From Geosiphon pyriformis uo1 (lineage: Eukaryota; Fungi; Glomeromycota): a DNA stretch of 64,000 nt. The stretch covers positions 574,787 to 638,786 of the forward strand of contig JAAOMT010000183.1 in NCBI GenBank assembly GCA_016748015.1, read 5' to 3'. Within the stretch, counting starts at the first letter, position 1. Each line of letters begins with the position of its first letter. Under the pieces are notes generated by a model that was not told the DNA's origin, did not search any database, and saw only the letters and a program-made list of their open reading frames with translations. This document shows, piece after piece, positions 11,374-25,525 of the stretch. Made by a program: the position numbers and the translations under genes.

Positions 11374-12939
11374 ATGTAAAGTCTTACTAGAGAAATTACA
11401 AGACAAGCACGCTTTAGATTTGAGGCTTTTCTTAATCATAATGTCTCATTTGTGGCATACTCCAGATAAAACAAAACTAAACTGCATTCTATAACACACA
11501 ATAAGTTGTAAAACTGCCAAGACTAAATAAGAAAACTGTTTCTTAGTAATGGCTTTTTGAGTACCACATTGACAAAAAACTGAATATCTAAATAAGCCTT
11601 GGCCAAACTCAGTTTGAACAATTTCTTAGTCAACAAAAAAATTCTCAAGTATCTGTGTGTCTCTCCCTTCTTGACAATAAAGATTGGTTGACCACTTATA
11701 CTCAAAGAAGCAATTCTAACACCCTGATTAATTGGAATGGCTACTGTTTTCTCATTATTAATGAAAATATTATTGATTGAAAAGAACTCACTAGCAATAT
11801 TTAAAGCATACTGTATTGAAGCCTGGCAATCCCCAACCCAAATCGTATCATCCACAAATGCACCAGCTGTAAAAAAAGAGGACATTCTATCACTATTCTC
11901 AATTTTATCAGTCTTTGCTACAAACTTAGTATTAATTCAGTATCTACACAAATGTTTATGTCTCTTAATTTTACATAAAAGCAGATTATAAAAGATTCTC
12001 CAAAGAAGAAGGAAAAAGACTTCATCCTGATCAAGACTATTATACACCCTGTAACCATCTGAAAGACCGAAATTGGTTATCACCCTATTAATTCTGTCTT
12101 AATAGATGTTACCAAAAAATTCAATAAACTTGTCACACATTTTAATACAATGCAAACTCACTCTCAAGTAGTACCATCCAACTAAGTCATAAGCTTTACA
12201 CATATTCTGCAAAACCAATCAGAGTTCTTTATTTTTCTCAAGAGCATCCTCAATCACTAATCCAACAGTAAACACAAGAGACTGAATAGAGATACTTTTT
12301 AACACCAAAAAATTGTTACCACAAAAGACACCAAACTTACATGTGAAAGAAATCCTGTCTGAAAAAATCTTGGAGAGAATCTTTCTGGCCATCTCAATCA
12401 AGACAATAAAACAAGTATTTGTAAGAACCCCATTTTAATCATAAAGTTTAGGGATTATTGAAACCCAGGCCCTCTTCCACAAAGTAGGAACCACCTTTTC
12501 TACCAAGCATACATTAAGCAGACCTAAAAGACAGCCCAATACTTTATCATCACAATGCTTCCATAATTTATTGAGAATACCAGACAGTTCAGCAGATTTG
12601 CTATCAGGTAGACTCTTAGTAACCAAAACCAATTCACTCATACTGATTGGCTCCATTACACCTAAAAAAGCCTCATTATTTACATAATCTAATGGTGCAT
12701 ACTGGCAAGCCCAGAGATCAGACAGAACCAAAGGCACAGTTCGTTTTTGGGTCCAATTTTTTATAATCTTATTCACACTGAGTTTTATTTTCTCTAGCTT
12801 CAACACCAAATCACCATCCAAAACCAAATGATTGAGAACCACTTTGTGAAAAGGACGATCCAAAACACTTCTAATCATATCACTTTTGTCAGAACAAAAC
12901 TTTTCCATATGTTTTTCAATGGCTGTTCTAACAGAGATT
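11374..12939 (-). mobile_element. LINE L1: 5'-truncated ORF2 (RT) fragment
   Basis: AFVDDTIWVG, LQNMCKAYDLVGW and WKRAWVSIIPK; paralogous to ORF2 of L2 and L3. Confidence 0.88.
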
Positions 12940-13079
12940 TTAAATTTTTAAAATAAATATTTATTTTGTAATTAATTAATTGATTTTAAACTTAATAAAT
13001 AAATTAATATATTTTCTTAAAAAAAAACTTTTTTTATATATTTTATAATTAGTTATATGATTTATTAGTCTATAAGTTA

Positions 13080-13440
13080 ATATTATAAGTTAATAAATAA
13101 ATTTAAAGATTTTAATAGATCTAAAAATTTTGGTAATTAAGTTTTTTGTATAATAAACAAAAATTTAAATAATAATTAATAATATTTGATTTTTTTAGCA
13201 TAATAATTAATTTATTTTGGTATTTTTTATTTTTTTAATAAGTAATTTAATTATTAATAAGTAATTTAATTATTAATAAGTTAATTTTATACTTATTCTT
13301 ATATTTTTTATTAAATAATTTTAAATATTGTAATTTTAATACTTTTTTTAATTAATTAATTAAAACAACAAAAAAAAATAAAAAAAATAAAAATTAATAT
13401 TCTATTAATAATTATAATTAAAAATTATTGTTAAATTTTT
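13080..13440 (-). repeat. Hypermutated relic of a B/C/G-family LTR
   Basis: Collinear with the B and G LTRs after C>T/G>A conversion, e.g. ttaatattctattaataattataattaaaaattattg vs ttagtatccgtcaatagccatgatcaagagctattg. Confidence 0.65.
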
Positions 13441-13741
13441 TAAATAAATACTATTTGTATTTATTATTTTTAATAAACTAAGTATTAAAAAAAAGTAATT
13501 TTAATAAAATAAATAATAAGTTATATATATTAATAATTTTAATAAGTAATTTAATTATAAATAATTATTATGTTTTTTTTAAAAAAAAATTTGCTTTAAG
13601 TATTAATTTTTTATTATTATGTATTTAATAAATAAAGCCCAACTACTATCTAGTACATAGAACCAAACTAAGTGGATTAAAATAAATACAGTTCACACAC
13701 ATGTTACATGTAACTAGCTATTCAAACCAACTAAAACTATA

Positions 13742-16700
13742 CTATACATCTATATGAACATACATATCATTATCTAAACTAGAAAAAAAATAACACATCC
13801 TGTATTTATTAAAGCTAATTGTGAAAAATTCTATAATACCAAGCATATAAACCACTCTATTGGATAATATAGACACCAAACACAGAGACAGACCCAAAAT
13901 TAAATCATTATTCTTGATTAAACCAGCTTTTTCTATATCTATCTTATGTTTAGATCTAATAAACTATACCTTAGCATAATACAGCTCTACTATAAACTTA
14001 ACATAATCAATAAAAGCCAGAACAGCTCTTTCTTTCTCTTCAAAACACAAAACAGCTTCAGCATACCAATTCCTTAAAACAAAGTTTTTAAAAATAGTGG
14101 TGTATAAACTCACATCTAAGGAACATAATGAAAATAAATGCAAAATAGAAAATGAAAATGGGCAAAAAAAATCTGTCAATAAAATCTATCTTTTAGTAGC
14201 TTTAGCCAAAATATTCTCATGGAGACCAATATTACCAGAACACATAAAAGCATAATCAGATACTTTTACTTCACCACATAGCAAGCATAGCATTTCAGAA
14301 TAGCTCTTGTTGTATAACCTTTTTCTAATTACAACTGGTAGCTATTTATGCATTGCTTTTATTAAATATGTTTGCATATTAACTGACTTCTGGCTGGTAA
14401 ATCTAAAAAGCATATGTGAATCTGGTTGTCAGATTTTTGTAGTACCTTTCCAATTTATTTCCCTAATTATAACACTTGGGATCATATTATAACCAGAACC
14501 AGTCTCTCAACAGGCATGGCAAATTGACCAGTATATGTTATGCACAAAATGACGAGCATTATCAAATATGGTGGTATTTTTAACAACCAAAAACCATTCT
14601 TAAATTCCAACTAGCAAAGAAAAAAGAGAGAGAGTAGCTTTATTTACCAACATGTCTCTTTTAACATTGTCTGGTATTTTTGAATGGCTCTTAACTTTCA
14701 CCCAATTTATTAAAATGTTTTTATTTCTAAGAAGATTGACTATATGCAATTTCTTGATCCAACAATAATTACAAAAATTAGGCATAGCCAATGAAACCTT
14801 AAACACACAAGCATTAATTGCAAATTAACTGTCAGAATAAAGAACCACAGAACATAAAAATGAAATACACTCCAAAGCCAGAGCAACAGTTTGCAACTTG
14901 GTCAAAGTAGAAGACAGAAGCCCATCTATCTTCACTCCAATACTCATATTCACTACAGAAAAGTAAACAGCTGCTCTATCTGCCACTTTGGCCAAACCAG
15001 CATTCTTTAAAGACCCATTTGTATAAATTTCAATACAATTAAACCAAACCTCCAACAAACTACCATGGACTTCAAAAAACACCTTAGATTACAAAATGTC
15101 TATTACAGGCATATTTGAAACTACAGTAGACTCAATTTCCAGAGAAATGTTCCCAACCAAAAACTCAGATGCCAACACAAATTAACAAAGCACAAGGCTC
15201 TTTGGATCCAGCCTTTTCTACTGTTAAAATGTTTTCCATTTTATTACCTTTCCTTTTTTGTCCAAGAGTTTGTTACTAAAAGCTACACCAAATCTCCTCA
15301 AAAATAAAATAAAATTATAGTACAAGGACTGCTCTAAGATACAAGACATAGGAAATCTGCCAGACCCATGAAAAGCACTAGGTAGATTGTTTGTCAAAGA
15401 CAACTCATTTTTTAAAAAAATTCTTACTACCCCAGCCAAAAAATTGTTTACTAAACTAACATATAACTTAACAAGAAACTGTAAAAGATTCAGAGGAGAC
15501 CACCCCAGAATTTGCAAATCCAAAAACCTATACTTAAATAAACAACCAAAACAACCAAAAATACCATGAGCATTGGAGAAAGAAATCAGTGCAGTCAGCT
15601 TCTCTTCAAATTGCACTTGCTCAAAAGATTTCAATTTATACAACAACAAATGATGCAAAACTTCACTGAGAAAGTTATGTAACAAACCAGTCTTGGCTCT
15701 AAGATTCTTTTTGATCATTATATTCCATTTGTGACACACACTTGAAAAAATAAAGTTAAACTGTGTTCTATAACTAATAATTGGCTACAAGATAACTGAA
15801 ACTAAGTATGAAAATTGTTTATCTGTAATAGCTTTTTTTAACACCACATTAGAAAAGAACCAAACATCCACATGAGCTTAAACCAAACTAGACTTAAAAA
15901 AATTCTCAGTGAATAAAAAAATTTACAAGTATCTGTGTATTTTATCCTTTTTAGCAATAGAGATTGATAAGTCATTAATTAGCAGAAAAGCAAACTTAAC
16001 ACCTTGATTAATTGAAATAACCACTGTCTTGTCATTATTAATTGAAATGTCATTAACCTTAAAAAACTCACTAATAATATTCAAAATGTATTGCATAGAA
16101 ATTGTATTATTAACAAAAATGCCAGCTGCCAAAAAAGAAGTCTTCCCACCAGTTGCTTCAACTCTGTCAGATTTCACCACAAATTTAGTATCAATTCTGT
16201 ATTCACACAAATGCTTATGTCTCTTAACCTTACACAAGAGTGGATCATAGAAAATTCTTCAAAGGAATGGAAAAAAAATCTTATTTTAATCCAAACTATT
16301 ATGTACTCTATAGTCATTTAAAAGTCCAAAATCTGTTATTACTTTATTAATTCTGTTTTCATGAATATTACCAAAGAACTTGATAAACTAATTACACATT
16401 TTGATATGGTGCAAGCTAGTTTTCAAATAATGCCAGCCTACCAAATCATAAGTCTTGTGTATATCTTGTAATACCAGTCAGAGCTCTCTGTTTTTTTTTA
16501 AAGCATTCTTCACAACTGACCCAATGGCAAAAATAGGAGACTGGATTGAGGTTTCTTTCAACACCAAAAAGTTATTATCACAAAAAACATCAAATTTACT
16601 ACAAGCTAAAGATATTCAATCAGAAAGAATTTTTGATAAAATTTTTCAGGCTGTTTTAATCAAAGCAATAGGTCTAGTGTTTGTCAAAACACCATTCTAT

Positions 16701-18410
16701 TTATAAGGTTTAGAGATTATTGACACCTACACTCTCTTTTAAGAAGTCAAAACTGCACTCAATGCCAAACAAGTATTTAGCAGCTTCAAAAGACAAGCCA
16801 ATACTTTCCTATCACAATGCTTTCAAAGTTCCAGACAAATCAGCAGCTTTATTATTAGGCAAATCACTAATAGTTAAAAACAATTTCTCTATGTTAATCT
16901 CTTTTATCACATTAAAAAAGACATTATTATTTACATAATCCAGAAGCATATATTGATAAGACCACAGATCAGGCATCTTTGGGAGCACCAACTGCTTTCT
17001 TGTCTATCCTTTCATAATCTCATCAATCTTAAGCTTTATTTCCTTAGGCTCTATCACCATCTCATTGTTTACTACCAGGTAATCCAAAACAATCTTGCAA
17101 AATGGACATTCCAAAATGCTCTTTATCATCTATCTCTTGTCAAAACAGAAATTTTTTATATGTTAGTTAATAGTCTTCCTAATATTAGCATTTTTAGCCA
17201 ATTTTGATTCATAATACTTAAACTTCTAATATTTTTTTCTTACTACTGACAAATGTCTAACCAAATCTTTTGAACCAACACTATCTGAAACCATGTTAAT
17301 AATCTTAGATACCTCAACACTATCTATAAATATCCAAGCCTTAACAATGCAGTCAAAATTCAGAAGATCTCCAGAATTTCAGTATCTTACAACCTTAGCA
17401 ATAAGCAGCTCCAACTTATAAAATTTTAATGATTGTTTGTTTTTTGAACAATCATATTTACTATACCAGTTCTTAAAAAACACTTTAATAGTAGTTTGTA
17501 TTATGGCTTTTTCTAACAAATTTTACATTATATCTAAGTTACTATTGTTTTTTGCAACTTTAAACATGTTTAATCTGGCTAATAACACAGCAGAAAAACA
17601 CTTCCTGAAATGCAATCACTAAATCTCATCAGCATTTTCCAATTTGAACTTCCACCAGTCTTAATTGGCCTGCTTATGAGCACTAATAAGACAAGCATCC
17701 AGAAGTCCACCCAAACCAATTAAAACTAAAACTAATTTATGCTCTGTATTAAAAAACCTAGACACATTATTGATTCTATGCAATACAACTGCAAATGCTA
17801 GGTTCTTACTCACAAAGATGAAATCTATAACCCTTTTGACATCTCTAGAATTGTTCCAAGTAGAAGCTTTGGCTAACACATGTTTATTAAAAGTATTGAC
17901 CAGATTCAAATCTAAGCAGAACTTGAAACTAGCACTCTTTTTGGACCCATTTTTATTAAAATCACTACCTAAGACCACAAAAGAGCTAGAATTAACCACC
18001 TTAGATATCATAAAGTTGATATCAACAGCTTAGCCAAAACAAGTACCAATGGATACACCAGCATAAAAACCCAAAACTGAAACCAAAAGCTTATTCTTAA
18101 ACAGAAGACATACAAAGATCAACCAACCAGAAACCTCTTCTACTGTAGACACATAATGAGCCAAAAAATTGTTCATAATTATAGCAACCCTAGTGTCAAG
18201 AAAACTTGCATCCAAACCAGTAGTGAAAACCTGAACATCATCAAATTTATTCTTAATCTATAGTCTAATGTTAGATCTCAATTTTATTTCTGTAATAATC
18301 AAAACCATGTTTTCTAATTCCATATGCCAATGAACAATGTTATTCTGCTTGGCAGGGACATTAATACTCTGAATATTGCACATAGCAAATTTCCAAACCA
18401 GATCACTCAT
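13742..18410 (-). pseudogene. L2 ORF2: APE endonuclease, RT, RNase H, C-terminal Cys/His finger
   Basis: MSDLVWKFAMCN, VLGSDFN and IDFIFVS (APE); NTRPIALI (RT); IYTNGSL, TKLQTVALALEC, LYSDS and WVKVKSHS (RNase H). Confidence 0.88.
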
Positions 18411-20358
18411 TAAGAAGTGAAAGAAACTAATGAACCCAAATCAGAGCACAAACAATTCAATTTCTTCAAAACTAATTTAAGTGATACTTCCAAAGCCACC
18501 AACTTAGATTCCAACTTACCCATCTTGGTGGTCAAAACCTTAGAACTACTTGAGCTAAAGTCAGCAACTGTATCTACAATGACCAAAAGAGAAGCAGCAG
18601 GAAATGTTAACATATTATCCAAAGCCATATCTAAATCCAAATTAGAAGCCAAAAACGCTGGTGTGACCAGAGAAGATACACAAAACTTGGTTGTCAAGGG
18701 ACCCAATTCTACAATGCTCAATTTTTTCATAATAACAAAAATCTGATCTGCCAAAAGCTCTAAAGAGCATTTCAAAAAAGCCAAATAATCAACCAAACAA
18801 GAATCACTAAAAGGATTGGAAACCATTGGAATGAGTTTCACACTTGAAGACAAACCAGGACTGAAAAAATTCAACAAGATTACATGAAAAAAAAACCACT
18901 AGCAATCTGGGCCCAAGTTTTATCACTAAAAGAAACTAGACAAGCAATAGATGCCTGCTTTTTCTTATAAATGTTGACCAAGCAAACACAATTCTAAGAA
19001 GTTACCACCTATTTACCATAACCATTAGAATTTTTACCTACTGCACAATCAACAAATATATGACCAAATTGTTTACATTAAGCACAACAGGCCAAAAAGA
19101 GACTAGCCCAGTGCAAATTCACATTCTTAAACACTGGAGTAGAGCCAATAGCAGCCAATTTAGATGCCTCATTTTTAAAACACACTATAGCACACTTATC
19201 ATGTACATATGAATTTAGATTGTGGCCAATAACACAAGTTTTCTCATTATAAAAAACCAACAAATCAGATAAGTTATGAGCAGTAGTGTCAATTAAAAGC
19301 ATATAGAATAAAGCCCGATAAAAATTTTTTATTACTTATGATTTCTTGTTATCAACAACCAAAGCCATGTGCACTGAATTTTTTTCTATGAAAACTGACC
19401 ATTTGAAAACAACTGAACTAGTCACATCAGATAATTTAAACTCCACCAAGGCCTTTTGTCAAAGACCAATCAATTGTATTTTAATTGAGATAATCCTGTC
19501 AAATTTGGAGAACACAGATTCCACAACTGATTTGAAAAGATCTACTGAGATTTCCTTAACAACAATTTCCCAATTTGTGTGTATATTTATCTGCTTAATA
19601 ATATCATTGACTAAGATTTTCTTACTGACAGCCAATTTTTTGGTCTTTTTCAAACTCATTTCAGAAATAAATGAAGATTTGATGATCTTTAAGAACTTTG
19701 AAGAAGTAGAAACTCACCCAAAACCATTCACTTGATAAAAAAATTTTTTAACAGAAATTAATTTATTATTAACAGTCTTATCAGATACCATGGAGACTTT
19801 AATATCAAGTGCAAATGACTTAGCTAAATTAAAACTCCATTTCTCTAATACATGTAACTCAACTAGTAACAACTGATTAAACTCAGCAAACTTAAAGAAG
19901 GAAAGCTTCAAAATCTCATTATCATCACTTATGTTACTATACAAAAGTGCTTTAGATGGGCAGTCTAAGACATACATATATGTATGAGTTTTTTTAGGAG
20001 TTGTTTTGTTCATATTCTCATCATTTGCTAAATTATCTAACTCTGTATAACTTATTTTCTCAGCAACTGTGTTTTTCATATTTTTGACATTTGATAGTTC
20101 ACTAACACTATTCACAATACTGTTAACATTGCTTCTTTAAGACACTACAGATTTAACACTGGCAATACCAATATCTTTCAAGCTCAGAGGACTGGCAGAC
20201 AAGTCAACCATACTACTATTTATTGGCATTTTTGGTTTCTTTTAGAATACATCACAGAAGTAGATAATGTCCACATACTTCTTTTTTGCATTTAGATGGG
20301 TTCTTAAATCAGTTGAACCAGCACCAGAACCATTAGCAGATGTGCCTACAGATTTCAT
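18410..20358 (-). pseudogene. L2 ORF1 (RRM-like region, Zn knuckle, coiled coil)
   Basis: IVVKEISVDL...FSKFDRIISIKIQL; CCAxCKQFGH; C-terminal heptads KMGKLESKLVALE. Confidence 0.75.
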
Positions 20359-20841
20359 AATAACAAAAACAGGAGTATCTAAAGAAATAACTAACAAAAA
20401 AAAAGGAAAAAAAGGAAAGAAAAAAGAAAATGCTATATTTTTAACAAATTTTTTGCTTTCATCATAAACAGAGGATTGATAAGAAAAAAATTTTTTATTT
20501 AAATATTAAATTTATTAATTTTTAAATTAAATAAATTTTGTTTTTAATAATATTATTATATATACATAAATTTTTATAATACAAAGTTTCTGAAATTTTT
20601 GAACTTTTTAGTATTTTTGAAATTTTTTATATTATATTATCTAATAATTTTTAATAATTAGTTAATTTATACTATATTAACTATTTTAATTGTTTTTTTA
20701 TATTATTATTATTTTTTTTTAATGCTTTACAAGTAAGATTCAAACACTACCTAATACAATACATCATATAAATAATCTAAACTAAGCACAAATCATGCTT
20801 TTTCTACACATGACCAGTCACTCAAACTAATTAAGACACCA

Positions 20842-23800
20842 CTAAGCAACTATGTAAACTAAAACATCATTACCAATACCAGAAAAGAATGAACACAATC
20901 TACAAAAACCAAAGTGAACACCAAAAGCATCAGCAATTCCAAGCAACCTAATGATACCAGCAGACAACTCTGATAACAGTCCAAAAATTGAAACAGGAAT
21001 AAAACTATCATGCAGAATTAATCTATTCCTTTCCATGAAAACTTAATGTTTAGCATGGACTAACCAGATGCAATCCTTGAAACTGAGACTGAGAGAATAC
21101 ACAAAGTCCACAATCCTTCAGCTCACAAGTTTGGGATCATGAAAAACATATACAGCCTCTTGGAACCAATTGTCAAAAACAAAATCTTTAAAAATGGCCG
21201 TGAATATAGAGACATTAGAAGCACAAGATGAAAGAAGCTGAGACACACAAGAAGAGGAACAAGAGAGACCAGAAATCAGCTCCCAGGAAGCTGCATAAGT
21301 ACTCAACAACTGACAATGGGTAGAGAAATCAATTTCACAAGAAAAAACATGATTAGAAACCTTAACATCATTATAGAACAAACATAATACACTAGGGTAA
21401 TGTTTGAAGTAAAGATGCTTCCAAACAGCAACAGACAGTTGATGATGTAGAGCCTTCATAAAATATGTATGCAAGCCAGCAGAGAGTTTGCTTGTAAAAC
21501 CTGCAGCCATATGCAAATCAAGATGCCATATCAAGAAAGCACTTGACTAATTAATGTTCAATATCAAATCACCCACCAAAACTTTGGAGCCAGAACCAAC
21601 TTTTCAATGCACATAATTAACTAATCTAAATATATTCCAGACAAAATGCCTAGAATTACTAGAAACGAGATCACCACTAGCCAAAAAGCAATATATCTTT
21701 AAATGAAAGGGAAGATGCCAATCAAAGTTGAAGGCAACAGCAGCAAAAGCATCTGCACAATTATTCCCTATAACACCTGAGTAATTTTTCATCTTAATCC
21801 ACTTCACCCTCAAATTTTTGCAATAAATGATGTTTACAATGTGCTGATGTTTCACCCAACACTGAATGCAAAAATCCAGACAAATTAGATACAGTTCTGA
21901 CTTGCACGCATCCAAAACAGTCTGATTATCAGAGTGTAAGCATACCAAGCTAAGAGGAAGAACACATTCCAATGCCAGAGCTATGGCCTGTAGCTCTGCC
22001 AAAGTAGAAGACAACAAACCAGAGATCCTTATATCCAAACCCAATGTTCTCAAAAAAAACAGCAGCATCAGCCTTCTTTTGTATGGTGCCCAAATCTCTT
22101 AGAAAACCATCTGTATAAACAGACAGACTACCAGCACTAACACAAGACAACTGATCACATACCAACTTAAATTTTTGAGAATTTAGAATGCTTATAAGCC
22201 GACCAACATTCTCAGAAATAAATGGACTAACAGGAGAAGAATTCATATTATTGAGGAAGGTAACAGAAAGACTAAACCAATCAGAAACTAGACCATAAGA
22301 ATCCAATTTCTTCCAGCACTTAAAAGTTTTCTAATTAAAAATGGCACCATAACAATCACAAAGCTGATTCACAAAGGCAACACCATACTGACATAAAGAG
22401 AGAAAACATGCACAGAACTTAGCTTTTCCAAGAACTACTGACATAAGGACCCCACCCTGACTACAAAAAAGATTGCTCAAAAATCTGCTCAGAAACAAAT
22501 TATATTTTGCAAAAACATGGATCACACCAGCTAAAAAGTTATTCAAAAGACTGATGCAAATACAAACTGGGGAACTCAGGAGGTAAACAGGATGCCAACA
22601 CAAAACTTGCAAGTCATGAGACTTATGAGAGAACATATGACCCAAAGTCCTATCAGAGTTCGCAAAATTTATGAGCAATGCTATCTTGCCCTCAGATTGT
22701 ATTTGCTCAAAGGACTTCAAACCATAAAAGGAAAGATGGTGAATCGAATCATTTGGAAAATCAAAAGGGAGACTAGATTTCAGTTTAAGACTTTTATGAA
22801 TCAAAGTATCTCATTTGTTGTATATATCAAAAGATATAAAGCTGAACTGGGTCCTATAGTTTACAATAGGATAGAGAACAGCCAAAACTAAGTATAAAAA
22901 TTGTTTATTTGAGATGGTCTTTCTTAGCACAAGGTTAGAGAAAAACCAAACATCTGACTGTGTTTTGGCCAAGCTAGGCTTCAAGAGACCCTCAGTTGAA
23001 AGAAAGATGCCCAAGTAATAATATGATTCTCCTTTTTTTGCAATAGCAATAGACAAGCCACTGATAAATAAAGAAGAACTACTAACTCTGTAATTAATAG
23101 GAATGACAACAGTCTTGTCTGTATTAATAGAAATGTTATTAACCCAGAAAAATTCACTGACAATATTGAGAATATGCTGAGTAGCACTCTGACTACTACC
23201 AATTCAGATTGTATTATTGATGAAAACTCCAGCAGCAAAGAAGAAAGACAACCCAGCAGCAAGTTTTGGATAACTATTTTTCAAGATGAAATAAGAATTC
23301 AATCTGTATTCACAAACACTCTCCTGTCTCTTAATCTTACAAAGAAAGAGATCATAAAATATGTGTCAAAAAAGTGGTGAGAAAATCTCCTCCTGATCCA
23401 AGCCATCATAAACACAATACCCATCAATTAAGCCGAAGTCAGTCATAATCCTATTGACACGATTGCAATGAATACTACCAAAAAAACATATAAACTTGCT
23501 ACATATTTTAATCCTAATTAAACTTTTCCTAAGATGTTCCCAACCAACAGAATCATATGTCTTTTGCATATTCTGCAGGACAAGTTAGAGCTCATGGTTC
23601 TTCTTCAGAGCATCTTCTATTACCAAGCTGACTGCAAAAATGGATGATTGTGTAGAAGTATCTTTCAGAACAGAAAAATTGTTACCATGAAAGACATCAA
23701 AGCTGCTACATGCCATAGAAATCCTATCAAACAGAATCTTAGAAAGAATTTTATGGGCTGTTTCAATCAAAGCAATAGGATAGGTGTTTATGAGAATGTC

Positions 23801-25525
23801 TTTCCATTTGTATGATTTAGGGATCATTAAGACCCAAGCCTCTTTCCAAAAACTGGGTACTGATTTACTGATCAAACAAGTATTTAAAAACTCCAAAAGC
23901 ATACCCAGAAAAGATTTGTCACAGTGTTTCCAAAGTTTGTTGGGAATACTGAAAAGACCAGCAGCTTTGCCATCAGGCAGATCAGAAACCATACCAAACA
24001 ACTTATCAAAATCAATTGGTTGCATCACATCTGAGAATGCACCATTAAAGACATGCTCTAGAGGCTGGTATTGACAAGACCATTTACTAAAGATATCAGA
24101 AACCACCTTGCATTTTCTAGTCCACCCTTCCATAATCACATCCACTTTAACTTTGACTAACTCAAGCTCCAGAATTAATTTATTACCAACAACCAGATGG
24201 TCCAATTTTACTTTATAGAAAGGACGTTTCAAAACACTCCTAATAGTGTGACTTTTATCAAAAGCAAAGCTCTCCATATGCCTATCAATGGTAGACCTAA
24301 TATTAGACTTTTGGGCCCTCAAAGATTCAGCAAGTTTGAAAGCACAATAAGACTTTTGTATGCCAAAAAGAGCAGATTTAACACAATTATAATTCACACC
24401 AGAGTCCAAAAAAACCTGTACCACCAAGGCTTTGTTAGAATCCAAAGAAGCCCAATGGCTCATCAAAAATGTGAATCTTAGAGAGTCTTGTCTATGGGAT
24501 GCTTTAACAATTCTTGAAACCAAAATTTCCAATTTGTAAAACTTAGAAGAGCCTTTGGTGAAGATGCTATCAAAGCCTTTGAACTATTTCTTCTTAAACA
24601 ATTTATTAGCCGAAAAAACCATTACTTTATAAACAATTTCTCACATAGAATTCAGATCAGAGGACACCACAGAAGAAATAAACTTATTAGAAAACATAAT
24701 GGCATTTGCTGCTATCAATACTTTGAACTCACACCACTTAACCTTGTCAGCACTTTTGATATCATACTTCCAATAATCCATATTTACTTTTTTGCAGAAA
24801 AAATTCAACTGTGTATTTAATAATCTACCCAAACTTACAGATACAGAAACAGCCTAATAGTCAGTGTCAAAATGTTCACCAACCTCCAAAACACCATGAT
24901 GTATTAATGCACCAACCAAATTTGCAGAAACAAGCACATAATCAATTACTTTTGTAACTTTGTAAGAATTTGACCAAGTAGGTGCCCACACTGCCAAACT
25001 CCTAACCAAAAAATTGATTAACTCCAGATTAAGACATTTTTTAAAGCTGGCATATTTACGAGAACCATCCTTGTTGAAATTACTACCAAGAATGACAAAA
25101 GAAGATTTATTTACAGTTCTAGTCATGAGTGAATTAATTTCATCAGCCTAAGAAAGACAAATCATAAGAGACACTCCAGCATAAAGCCCCAGAATCAAGA
25201 TGGAAAGTTTATTTTTAAAAAGCAACTTGATAGATAAAAGCCAACCAGGCACCTCAGAAATCTTATACACATGCCTTGTCAAAGAATCATTCATGACCAC
25301 AGCAATACCTGACCCCAAGTAACCAGAGTCCAACCCAGAAATAAACACACAAATACCCTCAGATTTTTTAACAATTCATGAACACATTTTCTCTTTTAGC
25401 TTAGTTTCCATAAAAATTGAAATTAAATTGTTCATGTCCTTATGCCAATGTACAATATTATTTTGCTTTGCAAGATTGTTCATGTCTTTAACATTGCATG
25501 TAGCAATTTTCCAGATTAGATCCAT
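20842..25525 (-). pseudogene. L3 ORF2: APE, RT, RNase H, Zn finger
   Basis: MDLIWKIATCNV, METKLK, ILGSNFN, IDYVLV, FDTDY; MQKTYDSVGWEHL; SVYTDGFL, LAELQAIALALEC, HSDNQ, GNNCADAFA; CLFYNDVKVSNHVFSC. Confidence 0.9.

Larger units (their letters stand above)
13607..20480 (-). mobile_element. LINE L2, full-length but degenerate (ORF1 + APE-RT-RNaseH-Zn finger ORF2)
   Basis: Two ORFs; 3' UTR is similar to that of L3. Ends are approximate. Confidence 0.88.
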
